Position numbers and translations under genes: made by a program. The notes below the pieces were generated by a model. It was given only the letters and a program-made list of their open reading frames with translations. It was not told the DNA's origin and made no database searches. 64,000 bases of DNA from Felis catus (Eukaryota), in contig NC_058368.1 of NCBI RefSeq assembly GCF_018350175.1, positions 176,144,001-176,208,000 of the forward strand. The letters are read 5' to 3'. Shown here in pieces: positions 50,744-63,450 of the stretch (the first letter of the stretch is position 1; every line of letters starts with the position of its first letter).

Positions 50744-51679
50744 CTGAAACAAAAGAGGGAGGAAGCCTGACTCAGAGACTGTAGCGCACCAAAACCAAAG
50801 ACTTTGCTCTGCTGGCTGGGTTACCACTAAATAACACTGCACTCTATAGCAAGTTCCCTTGAGCCAGAAGCAAAGATGTGAGCAGAGACAATCCAGAGGA
50901 GCAAAGAATAAGGATACTACAAGGAAAGCACTTCTCTAGGTCTCATCCAGCTTAGAGCGATGTGGCTTTATATACAATGTCACGGGGCCGTAACTAGGTG
51001 TTCTCCAACATGAACATCACCAGGGAAAAAAGCAGAAGCGAGTTCCTTTCCTGACCACCAACTTCAGTTTTCTGAAGCAGGGAGGTGTTGAGAACCTCCA
51101 GTCCCAAAACGAACTTGGGTGACTGTGGCCAGGCAATGTACGGTACGGGGGCAGAAGCTGGGAGTCACCAAGACTGTCCAAGGTGCACCCCGCCTGCATC
51201 CCTGACAGTCAGATCTGCTCTTTGTGGGATCACAAGAAGTTGGGCTGGGTCTTGCCACAAGCCCTCACACACACATACCAGTCCTTCAGTCCTGAGACAC
51301 TGCTGTAGCTTTAAAGATGACGCACCTGTGCTCTGGCCACTGTATGAAATCTAAGGGGAGGTACATGTCCCTGAAGGCTCATTGTATCCAGGAGTCAAAT
51401 TTACTTCTGAGTATGGGTATCTGGGCCTGACACTTGAGTATACGCGGCAAGATTCTCCCACAAAGCCTAGCAAGGCATCATCAAAACATCCACAGAATAA
51501 AATATGCTGTTAAAGTGAGGTGTGAAAGAGCGTATGTGAAAATTTCCACTTATGGGAGAGAGAGGAGTATAAACAGTATTTAATCTGCTTGTGCTAGACA
51601 TGCTTGGAAGACCTCAGAAGGATATAAAAGAAAGTGGTTAACAGTGGTTGCCCTTAGGGAGTAGACCTGGTGTCTACGA

Positions 51680-51981
51680 GGCAGCCCAACATGGCAGCCC
51701 CTGGACGTATGCAGCACATGAGCATGTGAAATGTGGCTAAACCAAACTGAGACGTCCCTAAGTGTCAAACACACACGATTTCAAAGACTTAGCATGAAAA
51801 AAAAAAAAAAAAAAAGAAGGTAAAGTATCAATAATTTTTCATATTAATTGCAGAGTGAAATGGTAATATTTTATATGTAATGGGTTAAATACAAAGTTTT
51901 CTTTTTACCTTTTTAATGTGCCTACTGGAAAATTTAAAGTTACATACGTGGCTCACATTGTGTTTCTGTTGGACAGTGCTG
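51680..51981. mobile_element. hAT-Charlie DNA transposon (MER33-like)
   Basis: TGAAATGTGGCTA...GATTTCAAAGACTTAG...CTACTGGAAAATTTAAAGTTACATACGTGGCTCACATT...TTGGACAGTGCTG terminus. Confidence 0.75.
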
Positions 51982-52502
51982 GCCTAGAGGTTCCTCCTTA
52001 ATCATGTAATATATGTTACCTTCTCACAAAATTAAAAGTTAATAAGTAAGTAAAAGAAATTACCAGAGGAAACAGAGAATCATTTATATACAGGCAGATG
52101 AGGGGTGAAAATAAACACTCAGATATCAAAAATCCCTCTTGGTCCTCTTTCTCTATGCCTGCTGCCATTCCAAAAACCTAAGTAAGAGCTTGTTCAGAAA
52201 AAAAGCTAGTAGGCCTTTCTTTTTAAAAATCATAGAGGATTTTAAAGCATCGCCAAAGTAGAATAGTATCACGAAATGCCCTGTGCCCATGATCCATACC
52301 CTAAACTGCTAACTCCCTGGCACTCTTGTCCCCACACTACTACCCCACTCAATTTCAGCAAATTCCATTATATCCCTAATATGCTTTAAATAAAACAAAA
52401 CAAAACAAAAAACAAAACAAAACATAACTGTAGTCCTAACAGGCTTTTAAATCAAGCTGACTTTCTGAGCTACAAGGAAAGGATTAACAATTGCATTCTT
52501 TT

Positions 52503-52720
52503 GGGGCATCTGGGTGGCTCGGCCGGTTAAGCATCTGACTTCGGTTCAGGTAATGATCTTGCAGTCCGTGAGTTCATGTCCTACACTGGGCTCTGTGCTG
52601 ACAGCTCAGAGCCCATAGCCTGCCTCAGATTCTGTGTCTCCCTCTCTCTCTGACCCTCCCCAACTCGCTCTCGAGCACGCACTGTCTCTCTCAAAAATAA
52701 ATACATTAAAAAGAAATTAA
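52503..52720 (+). mobile_element. CanSINE (BNIP1 intron 5, antisense to the gene)
   Basis: Typical head, body and tail. Confidence 0.92.
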
Positions 52721-54060
52721 AATATTGGATTCTTTTATCTTCAACAGCTTCTCTCCTGGTAGGAGAGAATGGGCCCCAAGAACAGCCCTGAAAACCCCAG
52801 AGGCCATCGGCATCTCTGTACCCTTCTCACCATTTAACTACATCATGTGTTTCCGGTATGTGCGTGCGCGGCCCGTCACCTGCATCAAAGCAGAAAAGCC
52901 CTCAACTAACAAGGCCAGGCGGCCCCCCCTTTGGCATGTTCTCCAAGGCCTCTACCAAGGCTTGAGCCCCACCCCCAGCACACATGTAGAGGAGGTGACC
53001 GGCTGGTTCTGAGCCTAAATGCCCAGATACGTTTCAAACAGAGGGACTGACCTTGGGGACAAGCTGCTTGCTTTCCTTGTGCTTTTCTGCCTGTTTGAAG
53101 AGTGCACTGAAAAAAAAAGTGGCTCAAAATGACAGATACTGTTTAGGGGTGATAATGGTATCGTGCTCTGGTTTTGTTTGTTTTTTGTTTCACGAGCCTC
53201 TTATCTTTCAGAGAGACACACTGAGATATTTATAGATGATGTCTGTGATTTGCTTCAAAATAATCCAGATGAGGGCACGGAAGGGTGGAGCCGAAACAAG
53301 ACTGGCCATGAGCAGACAGCTGCTGAAGCTGGGGGAACGGGTCCGTTGGACCTCTGCACCATGCTCTCTACTGTCTCTTTGTGAAATCTGCCAAAAGTGT
53401 TTCAAAGTGTAAACTCTCCTCTTCTGTTTTCCTATATGGAAGACCCTGAAGAGGGCCAATTCTCTTCTGCATTACAAGAGAGGCACTATGGGAAAGCTGC
53501 TGGGAGAGAACCAGATGCTCCAGCAGCTTCTTCTATGGCCTTTGACTGTATCTTTTAAAAGCAGTTCACAGTGAAAATAACACTGGGGGTTATAATTGTA
53601 AGCCGAGGACCTAGCAGCCTCGTCGGCAGCCGATACACTAAACATCTCCCTAGGCAGTGATTCCCAAGCCTGCCTGGCCACACGGGTCCACAGAATGCCA
53701 GATAAAAAAATACAGACTCCCAGGCTCTCCCCCAGCCCTGCTGGGACCCACTCTCCAGAAGAAGGCCTGGAGATCTCTGCCTTTCACATGAGACCCTGGA
53801 AGTGCTTCTGCTGGGGAAACATTTTGACAGTGGTGTGCAGATCTTCTAGTACAACCATGAAAACCAAAAAGAGAAGTAAGAGCAACACATCCCACTCTGG
53901 GCAAGACCACGCTGTCGAAGAAGTGAGAAGCCACCCACATCAGCAAGCTTCGGGACTAGGGTGGGGGGCAGAGGTGGAAGAGCCTGGTGGCAGGTGCCAA
54001 GGCAAAGGCTCTGGAGCTGGTGTCTCTGGGAGAAGCTTCTAACTCCAGGTCTGGCTTTAC

Positions 54061-54179
54061 CTAGCGTCTGCATGGCTTCCTCGCTCTGCTGAACCTGCTG
54101 GGACATCATCCTGCTGATCCCCATGAGGCTCTCCGTAATGGAACTGGACGTCTGGGCCAGGCTCTCTTTGGTGGTTTTC
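54061..54179 (-). CDS. BNIP1: BNIP1 exon 5
   Basis: KTTKESLAQTSSSITESLMGISRMMSQQVQQSEEAMQTL; TAG acceptor and GTAAAG donor. Confidence 0.96.
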
Positions 54180-54397
54180 CTAAAAATCCAGAGTGGGAGG
54201 AGGAATGTCAACAAAAGCCTGACTGCGAGAAAACCCCATTTTCAAATGAGATCCCATTTTTTTATTTATCAAGATACCATATATACTTAAATATCAATGA
54301 TCGCAGTCAATGCCACCAAGGATGTGCTGAAGACTGCTACCCTTCTGTGAGAGCAATTCGGCAACAGGAATCAGGACCCTTAGAAATGTTCATGCCT

Positions 54398-54614
54398 GGG
54401 GCGCCTGGGTGGCGCAGTCGGTTAAGCGTCCGACTTCAGCCAGGTCATGATCTCGCGGTCCATGAGTTCGAGCCCCGCGTCGGGCTCTGGGCTGATGGCT
54501 CAGAGCCTGGAGCCTGTTTCTGATTCTGTGTCTCCCTCTCTCTCTGCCCCTCCCCCGTTCATGCTCTGTCTCTCTCTGTCCCAAAAATAAATAAACATTG
54601 GGAAAAAAAAAAAA
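54398..54614 (+). mobile_element. Young felid-type CanSINE (BNIP1 intron 4, antisense to the gene)
   Basis: TSD AGAAATGTTCATGCCT at 54382-54397 and 54615-54630. Confidence 0.95.
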
Positions 54615-55168
54615 AGAAATGTTCATGCCTTTTGCCCAATAATCTCATCCCTGGGAATCTCTCCAAAGGAAATATCCAAAATGTGGACAAAGCCTTATGT
54701 CCTAAGACGTGCCCTTGTGTATTATTTATAATACTGACAAACTAGAAATGTAAACACATGCGAACAGGGGATTAGTTAATACAAGAGAATACTACGGACT
54801 CTTAAAACTTCGCTTAAAGAGTTTTCTAAAACAACAAGCAAGTCTTTGTGTTATACAATGTGAAGACGAGCAAGATACAAATTTTATATATAGTACGATT
54901 TTTGACTTTGTAAAAAAAATAATGGGAGGAGACAATACATCACAACATCTGTAACACGATTACAGCTTATTCTCATTTTATAATTAATATTTTTCTTTAC
55001 CAGTTTATTACAAGTAAGCATATATTTCTTTCATACTTTAAAAAATACTACTTATATAATAAAATTAAGTACCAGTTTTACATTGAAAACAAGAAGGGGC
55101 TGCCTACAGTGGGTTTTGCACCTGGTCAATTCCATTATCAGGGCCCAGAAAGACAAAAAGAAAGATAC

Positions 55169-55270
55169 CTTTGCCTTAAGAGGTCTCCTCCCTGGAGAAG
55201 TTCTGCTTTCTCTAGATTGTCGATAGCAATTTTGCAAGTGAGATTAGCCTTCCTCCATGAGGTCTGATTG
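55169..55270 (-). CDS. BNIP1: BNIP1 exon 4 (contains the BH3-like motif)
   Basis: NQTSWRKANLTCKIAIDNLEKAELLQGGDLLRQ; CAG acceptor and GTATC donor. Confidence 0.96.
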
Positions 55271-57599
55271 CTGGAATCAGAAGGGTCTCGCGTGAGTTTC
55301 TGTCAGTCAGATCAAGTCACCGCAAGTGAGTGATGGGGAAGGCCTGGCCCACAGAGCCCATCTCCACCTCCCGACATTTCTCCCTCTTGGCTGCCCCAGC
55401 AGCTGCCCCAGCTAAGGCTCCAACACCTCTGGTTTGGACCCTGAAGGCTGCCTGCAAGATGTTCCCCTACTGCCCTACTGCCCATAGCTGTCCCTTTCCT
55501 TCCAGGGCAGCCAGAGGGAGCAGTTTGGCCATGGCACTTCTGTGTTTACAGCCAGCAATGGTTTCAGAGTTCAAATCCACCTTGGACATACAAGGCCCTG
55601 TTCTGTCAAGTCACATCTATAACACTTCAAGGCTCTGTCTTGTGTACTGGTTAGTTCCATTCCTTGAGAACCATGTCTCACTCATCTTTGGATCACCAGT
55701 AATTAGAACAACAGTTTCTGGCCCATTAGCCAATTAATATGTGTTATAAGAAGTAGAAAAATCATAGAAAGACCGTTTTCCCCAGTATTTCTTTTCCAAG
55801 CTTTGTTTAAATTCCAGTTAACATACAGTGTAATATTAGTTTCAGGTGAACAATATAGTGATTCAGCACTTAGGGTTTGCTCGATATTTCTTTAAGATGT
55901 GCTGTCTTTTACACACCCAGACCGATCATGAACAATACAAACACAATGTATTAGCAGAGCCCAGTTTGACACGATTTATTTACATTCTTTACCTGATCTC
56001 CCTTGTGAGAGACAACTCAAATTTGGTGAACGGCTCCCTGGGGTTAGCAGTGTAACCTTTGTTGATGGACTATAAAAATGTTAATTGGGCCCCTCAGAGA
56101 ATCAAACTCAAGCACTGGAACTCTTAGGCAGCTGGATCACGTCAGTTTTGCTAACCCCTGAGATATTTACAAAGTCAAGCACGGGGCACATGAACTGAGA
56201 GGGTGTTTTTCTAATAGCACCTCTGTGCTTAAAACATTAAAACAAGTTCTCTGTCACCTGAACAGCACCTGCTATGCCATTTCACACCTGATATTTAAAA
56301 AGAATCAATTACATTTTCAAACTGTGGGCAAGGGAGCTCTGCTCGACCCTGTGACACAGAGATGAGGCAGCCATAGTGGCCGCCCTCAAGCGGCTCACAT
56401 TTCTTGGGGAGAAAGACACCCAAACAAAGGATTTGTTGGCCGGTGTGGTAAGCACAATAACGTGGGCAAGCACAACTGCTGTCTCAACACGGCTTGCCAA
56501 AGTATTCATTTACTGCTTGCTCTCCCTACCTGTAACTCCACATCATGGATGGCCATTCTCAGACCCGTGCTGAGCCTGTTTCACCTCATGTAATTTACTA
56601 TACTTTATACAAGGGTCCTCTTTACTCAGTGTTTACAACCTGGGCATCCTTGGTGGCCAAGGGAAGCAAATGCCATCATGAGACAGTGAGACTACTGAGC
56701 CAAGCACTTTAACACCGGTCAGTCACCACGCACACATCCCTCCCTGCTTACACTAGTCTCTACCACGCCCACATCTTTGTCAGACAGTCTTCTCCTGATT
56801 GCTGGGTATTATAAACATAGCTGCTCTCAGCAAGGATACTGCTGGATCATCACCCAAATCAGAAGCAAAACCACAGACAAATACAGATCTGGCAGAGTTA
56901 GAGCAATTAACAAGGAGGAAGAGAACACCTAGGAGGGCGATGACCAGCAGGGGCTTCAAGAGAATGACCTGGCTACCAGAGGACTGGGACAGATGACGGA
57001 GCCCTCCGATATTTTTGCAACAATAATCCTCTGTATGATATGGTACCAAGGTCAAATGTGAAGGGACAGGTACGGTTTCATGCCATCAGACAATTTTGTT
57101 GGACAGTCCCCCAACTCAATACCAAGAAAGAGCACATACCTCAGTAATATAATTAAAGGTTAGCACATGAGTTATAACGATCATCTCCAAGTTATTTAAC
57201 ATAACATCACCTTAGTTACATCTTTTTGGTTTCATTTTTTAAGATAAGGTCCCATTTAAAACTTTCTAAATTTTGTTTCATCTTAAGTAGGTTCATTTTC
57301 AGCGGGCTTTTTCTGGTATCAATTATCCTTAAAGAAAAAGGACCTTGTATTACATGAGCAACCATTTTTTGGGTTTGTGTTAAAAATATAAAATATAGCA
57401 TATGGTTAAATGCGCTTTTGTAAACTATACACAATTCGACCTACCGATAGCCCCTACCTGCCCCTGCTTTGAGAATTACTCATCCAGAGAGGACAGTCTG
57501 TGTATAAATGACACATTTAAATCATGAAGCCAGGTTTATTAGGCAAAGCTCTGCACAAGCCTCCCACAGAGCAAGTGACCCAGCACAGGCCCCACCTAC

Positions 57600-57691
57600 C
57601 TGAGCATCTGCTTCTTGTGATTCTCCACTTCCTGGAGCAGAACTTGCTTCTCTGACTCTTTGTCTTGCTCTTTAGCTGACTGCTCAAGCTC
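57600..57691 (-). CDS. BNIP1: BNIP1 exon 3
   Basis: ELEQSAKEQDKESEKQVLLQEVENHKKQML; AAG acceptor and GTAGGT donor. Confidence 0.95.
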
Positions 57692-57799
57692 CTTTGGGGA
57701 AAATAGCTCTATGTTAAAATGATTTTAAAAGCCAATATAAAAACCAAAGAGCACTTCTCTTTCTAGGGACGTTATATGATAGTACTTAAAAACGCTCCT

Positions 57800-58710
57800 A
57801 AAAGAGAACACTCAGGAATGCCAGGTGACATATAACAAACATCCTTCTAAATATAGAGCTGAGTTTGCAAGAAAGTAAGGACAATCTCCAGGGCCCCAAG
57901 GTGAGAAGGAAACTAAGAGCCAGAGATGTCAGACTGTGAGTGAGGCACAAGTGCCCTGGGATAGGACATTTACTCCTGTAGTCCGGGCCATGACTGGAAT
58001 CAAAAGGGGGGGAAAATTACTAAATAGGAGCCCCTTGGTCCCACTTTGAGATACATGCAAACATCAAACTGCTATATGTGTCTAAATGTTCATTCTCCAT
58101 CTCTGTACCTATTTCATAATATACTGGTAGCAAACAGTTTGAAGGTTTTAAAGCCCATATACGGACAGCCAAACAAAGTGTTGAGCTATCTGAGGCAGGG
58201 AGCCACAAATCCAGGACCTACAAAGGGATATCCCTCCAGTGAAAAGGTGAACTAGGAAAACGTCTGTCAACCAACACGAGAGACAGCATGGAAGCTGGTC
58301 CCTTTTTCTGCCCTGGGCTCTGGCTAGGATACAAAATATCTCCTGAGAATTTAAAAGCATGGAGCCACCCTCAAGCTGATCTGGAGTAACAATTCCTCCT
58401 CTCTGAATGGTTTGGGAATCTTCACGAGGAGAAATGAACATACAAAGTGCTTCCAGACTTACGACCCCAGGAGACATAGCAAAAGCAAATCCAAAAACCT
58501 CTGAAAAGACCTGCTGCCTTCAGTCCAGGTTGTACAAAAGTCCCACAGATAAGGTCGGCTGAAGAGGACTGCTCACAACCCAGAATCACCAAACGCCAGG
58601 AGACAAACGGTCCACCTCAGTGAGGGGCAGTGGACACAACAAGTGGCAGTCTGAGACCCTCCAAGAACTTCACATGATGGAAGTAGCAGACAGACACTAA
58701 TGAAAGATGT
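57800..58710 (+). mobile_element. Ancient L1/HAL1-like 5' region remnant
   Basis: Degenerate motifs such as GCAAAAGCAAATCCAAAA, CCCACAGATAAGG and CCAAGAACTTCACATGATGGAA. Confidence 0.4.
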
Positions 58711-59040
58711 CATTATACCTCAAGAATCAAGCCATGTTCTTTGTTTACAGATTAAAACAAGTTCCAGTTTCAATCAAGCTCCTGATGCTAAAAACATCAA
58801 CATATTAGTGCATTTATATACGCATTTATTTATTTATATACTCATTTATGTGTTAATTTGCACATGCTGGTCAGGAACACGCGTCTGTATCCACCATTTC
58901 ACTAGCTCAGAGATAACTTCCAATTAATGGTCCCAGATATGGCTGAGTCAGAGGAAAAAAAAGAATGTAAAGGAATGCAAGTTTTGCGAATGTAGTCAGT
59001 AAATTACTTGCTTAATTATTTACTTAAAATCTAGATTCCC

Positions 59041-59263
59041 AGGCACCTGGGTGGCTCAGTTGGTTAAGTGTCCAACTTCACCTCAGGTCCTGATCTCACA
59101 GTTCATGAGTTCAAGCCCCATGTCGGGCTCTGTGCTGACAACTCAGAGCGTGGAGCCTGCTTCTGATTCTGTCTCTCTCTCTCTCTGCCTCTCCCCTGCT
59201 CACACTCTGTCTCCCTTTCTCAAAAATAAACATTATTTTTTTTAAATAAATAAACATTAAAAA
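59041..59263 (+). mobile_element. CanSINE (BNIP1 intron 2, antisense to the gene)
   Basis: TSD AAAATCTAGATTCCC at 59026-59040 and 59264-59278. Confidence 0.93.
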
Positions 59264-61168
59264 AAAATCTAGATTCCCTACCAGAATGTGAACTCCAGGA
59301 AGGCAGGATTTTATCTAGTGTTCATTATATATATTCCTTGTGCCTGGCACATTATTAGGCACCAAATCACTGAACGGAAGAATGGATGCATGGGAAGAAG
59401 GGAGGGAGGAAGGAAAGAAGGAAGAAATGTATAGTTTCCTCATAAAAGGGAGTTCTGTCATAGAGAACCAAATAGTTGTGGAAGAAAAGAAAGGGGTAAA
59501 ATAGTTCTCAAATTCCAGTCTGAGAACCACATACACAAAGACATTCACACAGGTATTTACACATAGTCAGTCGATGCCCAGCTGAGGCATATGTTGAGGA
59601 TATGAGGCCAGTTCCCCAGGACTACACAATCTTGTTGCAAATACACAAAGTAGTCATTCATAAAGAGCTAAAAACATCAAATAGAAATCTTGTATATATT
59701 TCCTGGTATAAAGGTTCAGGAAATGCAGATAAAACTGGGATGGGGTTATTCATTCACTGACCATGTGCTTTATTAAGTCCTTACTAGGTGCCAGGATATT
59801 CTGGTGCTCGAGGAGGTGATTATGGGAGAGAGGGACATAATAAATATGTAAATGTATCAGTGAAGTAATTTCAATTAGTGAAGGAAATAAACACTGAGCA
59901 CTCAGATACTTAAACAGAAAGAACATGAAAATACTTAAGGTGGTGGGTGTGGCTGCAGAGTTGAAATCATGAGAGTCGAAGAAAGGTCTTTCAGGGAATG
60001 CATTAGCTTTAAAAAGCAGAACAAACGAGAAACCAAAAAGCAGAGAAGTAGTCCAAATAAAATGCCCTTTGATACAGAACTGGCTAGAAAACTAGGACTA
60101 TAAAAAAAGAACGAGGGAGCACTCTAATACTGATATGGAAAGATTTCCAGAAGATATTGTTAAGTTTTAAAAAGTGGTGTTTTAGTATGCTACCTTTTAT
60201 ATGAGAAACTGGAAATAAGAAAATATATTTGGTTTTTTTTAGTATTTGAGTAGATACACCATGAAAAGATACCTAAGTAACAAATGTGGTTACCCGTGTG
60301 GAGGAGAGGAACAGAGAATAATAACACTCATACATGGGACTTTTCACTGAGTGTCCATATTCACCCATGGGCATACCTACATAGAATGTATACACATACA
60401 TGAGAAAGTAACAGCCTTTCAAAAATAAAAATTCAATTATAAATCAGTGCTACAGACGGAGGCAAAAAAAGATCAGCGAGGTTCAGTGACCTTGCTAAAA
60501 TTCTAAAGTGAACTCTTACGGCAGAAAGTACTTATTTTCAAAACTGCCCTTGAAAATCCCTTAGGAAAGCAATACACAGGGCCCAGACATACTATTTCTC
60601 AGGTCCAAATGGCCACTTTTGCTACCAGCTTTGAAACAGACTATCCTGTGTTAAGCAACAGGAGTTGTTGGCTGGCCTGTGGGGCCAGGTCACAGGAAAA
60701 GCGCAGATCTCTAAACTCCAGTACCACAGAGTGAGACCAAGGGCCCCAGGACCCACCCAGCGACGGGCAGGCCCATGTACTCATCTTATTCTCTCTAGGG
60801 CACAGCAGCACAAGCAGGCTATGCAAGCAGGTACTTCTCGCTCCACTGGTTTTGAGATTGCACATATGCCATAGTTGGATTCAGGAGTGTTATATGTGCA
60901 TATGATGTGATTGGAGACCTCAGAAACAGGGAGGAAGAGGCTGGGCAAAGAGCAGGAGGAAACAAACAAACAAACAAACAAACAAACACCTCAAGAGACA
61001 GTAGCAACGCATTCAAAAGTTCTTCACTTTTACCTTGAGAGCAAGTTAGTACAGTTACCCTCACTGTCTAAATGTCTACTGAAGAAACCGGACAGCGCTC
61101 AGGCGGCTCCCGGATGGAGCCCCCTCATTGTGACGCATTCTCCACATCTTACTTCTGCAGCTACTCAC

Positions 61169-61261
61169 CTGTATTCTGTGCCGCAGTTGCTGAAACTTCT
61201 CTTTCACTTTAGTATTCAGTTCAGTAAGTGCACTTAATGGTCCTGAACAATCCCGAATATC
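61169..61261 (-). CDS. BNIP1: BNIP1 exon 2
   Basis: DIRDCSGPLSALTELNTKVKEKFQQLRHRIQ; TAG acceptor and GTGAGT donor. Confidence 0.96.
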
Positions 61262-61716
61262 CTAGGAGACATTGAAAAGGTGAGAGGGACTTTCTCAAGG
61301 CAATGAAGTGAAACGATACCATCTGTACAGTGAGAAGACTGGCTCAGACCACGACTAAGGCTGGCCTACTGCCCGTTAATTCATCCTGATCTTTGCTGTT
61401 TACCTCAGCAGCACAAGCAAAAACATCATCATTTACATTTCTCTCCTATTGCTGTAATTCTGAGCAGGTAACACGAAAGTATGAAAAGAAACACAGCTGT
61501 CCTGACTTATTAGTTCCTGATTTCAACAAAACACCACAGGATCAGTATAAAAGGCTTAAAGCAGCTTGTATGTCCAACAAGAACGGACATCCAAAAGTGA
61601 CACTATAACTTTAGAACTTTCCAACTTGAAAATCAGGATCAACTCCTGGCATCATATGACAAGATTAACTTCACCCTGATTTTACAAACCCTCTATTAGA
61701 TATAAGTCGCGGTGTT

Positions 61717-61790
61717 TACAGACACGTTCAAGGGGAGATCTAGAATTGGTTTCTACAGACATGTTCGAGGGGAGATCTAGAATTGGTTTC
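61717..61790. repeat. 37-bp tandem duplication
   Basis: TACAGACA(C/T)GTTC(A/G)AGGGGAGATCTAGAATTGGTTTC occurs twice. Confidence 0.92.
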
Positions 61791-61829
61791 TGGGCATCCA
61801 AAAGCCCTGGGGTCAGGTTTTAGAGCAGG

Positions 61830-62020
61830 TCCTGGAGCCAGAGTATGCAGATGCAAATTCTGGCTGTAGCAATTTCTTAGCTGTGTAACAAAAAGTCATT
61901 GAGTTCTCTGTGCCTCAGTTTCCTCACCACATTACCTACCACATAAACCATATATGGATGTAAAGCACTTTGCAGGGGAGCTGGAACACAGTAAGAGTGC
62001 AGTACATCTACGTATAATCA
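61830..62020 (+). mobile_element. MIR
   Basis: AGCTGTGTAAC...TCTCTGTGCCTCAGTTTCCTCA...GTAAAGCACTT. Confidence 0.65.
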
Positions 62021-62599
62021 ATCTTTCTCATTTGCAGTCATGAGAACCCAAACACAGACAGTACAAAAGGGGCTTACCCAACTTAGATTATGTGAAAATG
62101 TTTTATTTGTATGAATCCTACGCTTATTTTTCCAGAGTCAGCCCAGAAGTACTGCAGTGTGTATGGAGAAGAAGTGAAGTTGAAGAAGTTTAAACGTTTG
62201 CATCAAGTTCCCTCACTTGTTCTCTGACTTATTAAACCCCACTTCTTGCACCATGATAAAGCACTAATTTGGTTTATCCTGCATCGGGTTTCCATGGCGA
62301 ATCCGACTTTCCTTCAGTTTTTGCCACAGTTACTTGCAAACTCTGAGTCTACATCTAATGTTTAATAGCATCTGTTGGAAATGGAAATGACTTGCCTGAA
62401 ACCAAGGTTTAAAACTCTTGGTTTCTTTTTGCTAAGTTCAAGGGATCATTTCTACATTCCTAACTCTTGCCTGTGCCAATTGGTTCATCGCTCTGCTGCC
62501 TTCTACCTTAAATAGCTTAAGGCAAAACACCTCAATTACCCCATCAGTTAAAGAAAGTTGTAGAGACTCCCTAAGCCCCTTCTCTAGGCTGACTTTCCT

Positions 62600-63450
62600 C
62601 GTCCGGGTCGCAGTTTTGCCCCAGGCCTTGGCATTTTACCTGATTTCCTCATTTACAGAGTCACAACTACGGCCTAGTTTACGTTCATTTCACCTGGTGC
62701 CTCCCGTGTCAGGCGGCCTTTGGTGTCACCGGGCACCAGACCCAAAGGAGCAGGTCAGGAGTGGGCGGGGTCAATGGCTCTCAGGACGCCACCAACTGGT
62801 GGGGAGGGCGGTGTCAGAAGGCGGGGCCACCCAAGGTGACAGGTATGTTGTGTGGCGGTCCGGGTTGAGAAGTGTGAGTGGGAGGGACCAATGGGGGTCA
62901 CAAAGGGTAAGCTTGGTCAGGATGGGGGAGCACGAGAGTGTCCAGAAGAGGGCAAGACAACCGCAACTGGAGAGAGGATCAAGGCCAATGGTCGAGGAGA
63001 TGGACCAAAGGGGGAGGGAGGGAGCAGCCGGCCCTGGGACGGGGCCAACGACCTCGGAGACTTGACCAACGGGGAAAGCTTGGGAGTGAGACCGCCGAGC
63101 TTACAGGAGGCCAGAGGAGCCTGGGTTTAGGGCTGCTGGGGCCCGACAGGGGTCCCGGGAATTAGTACCTGGATAAGCGCCTTCACCTCCAGGTCAAATT
63201 TGACAATCTCTTGGTTACAGATACGGACGTGGACATCCTGGGGAGCCGCCATGTTGAGGACGCCGACTACGGGCAGCGGCGGTGCCCAAATTTAACCGCG
63301 TTTCAGCATCGCCTTCCTTCCGCTCCAGGTCTTGCAGCAGCGCCCCCTAGAGACCGGCTTGAGGCGAGCGAGCGTGGCGGCGATGAGTCCTGGGGAGTAT
63401 ACCTGAAAACGCGGAGGGAGTCGGTTCTCCCCTTGGTGTGGTCCTAAGAA
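62600..63450 (-). promoter_or_regulatory. BNIP1: BNIP1 CpG-island promoter
   Basis: CpG-rich around exon 1, with GC boxes, a YY1-type GCCGCCATGTT over the start codon and a CTCF-like motif at 63338-63356. Confidence 0.8.
63169..63252 (-). CDS. BNIP1: BNIP1 exon 1 (coding part)
   Basis: AACATGG Kozak context; MAAPQDVHVRICNQEIVKFDLEVKALIQ; GTACT donor. Confidence 0.97.

Larger units (their letters stand above)
50547..63252 (-). other. BNIP1: BNIP1 gene body (vesicle transport protein SEC20), 6 coding exons, 228 aa
   Basis: Exons of 84+93+92+102+119+197 = 687 nt join in frame with GT-AG introns to give MAAPQDVHVRICNQ...LFLATVLYIIKKRLFPFL*. Confidence 0.97.

Noticed and set aside
53846..54214. 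122-aa ORF as a standalone gene
   Set aside because: Only 54061-54179 is coding (BNIP1 exon 5); the rest is intron read-through.
62616..63165. Plus-strand ORFs antisense to BNIP1 intron 1
   Set aside because: GC-rich promoter-proximal sequence without coding features.
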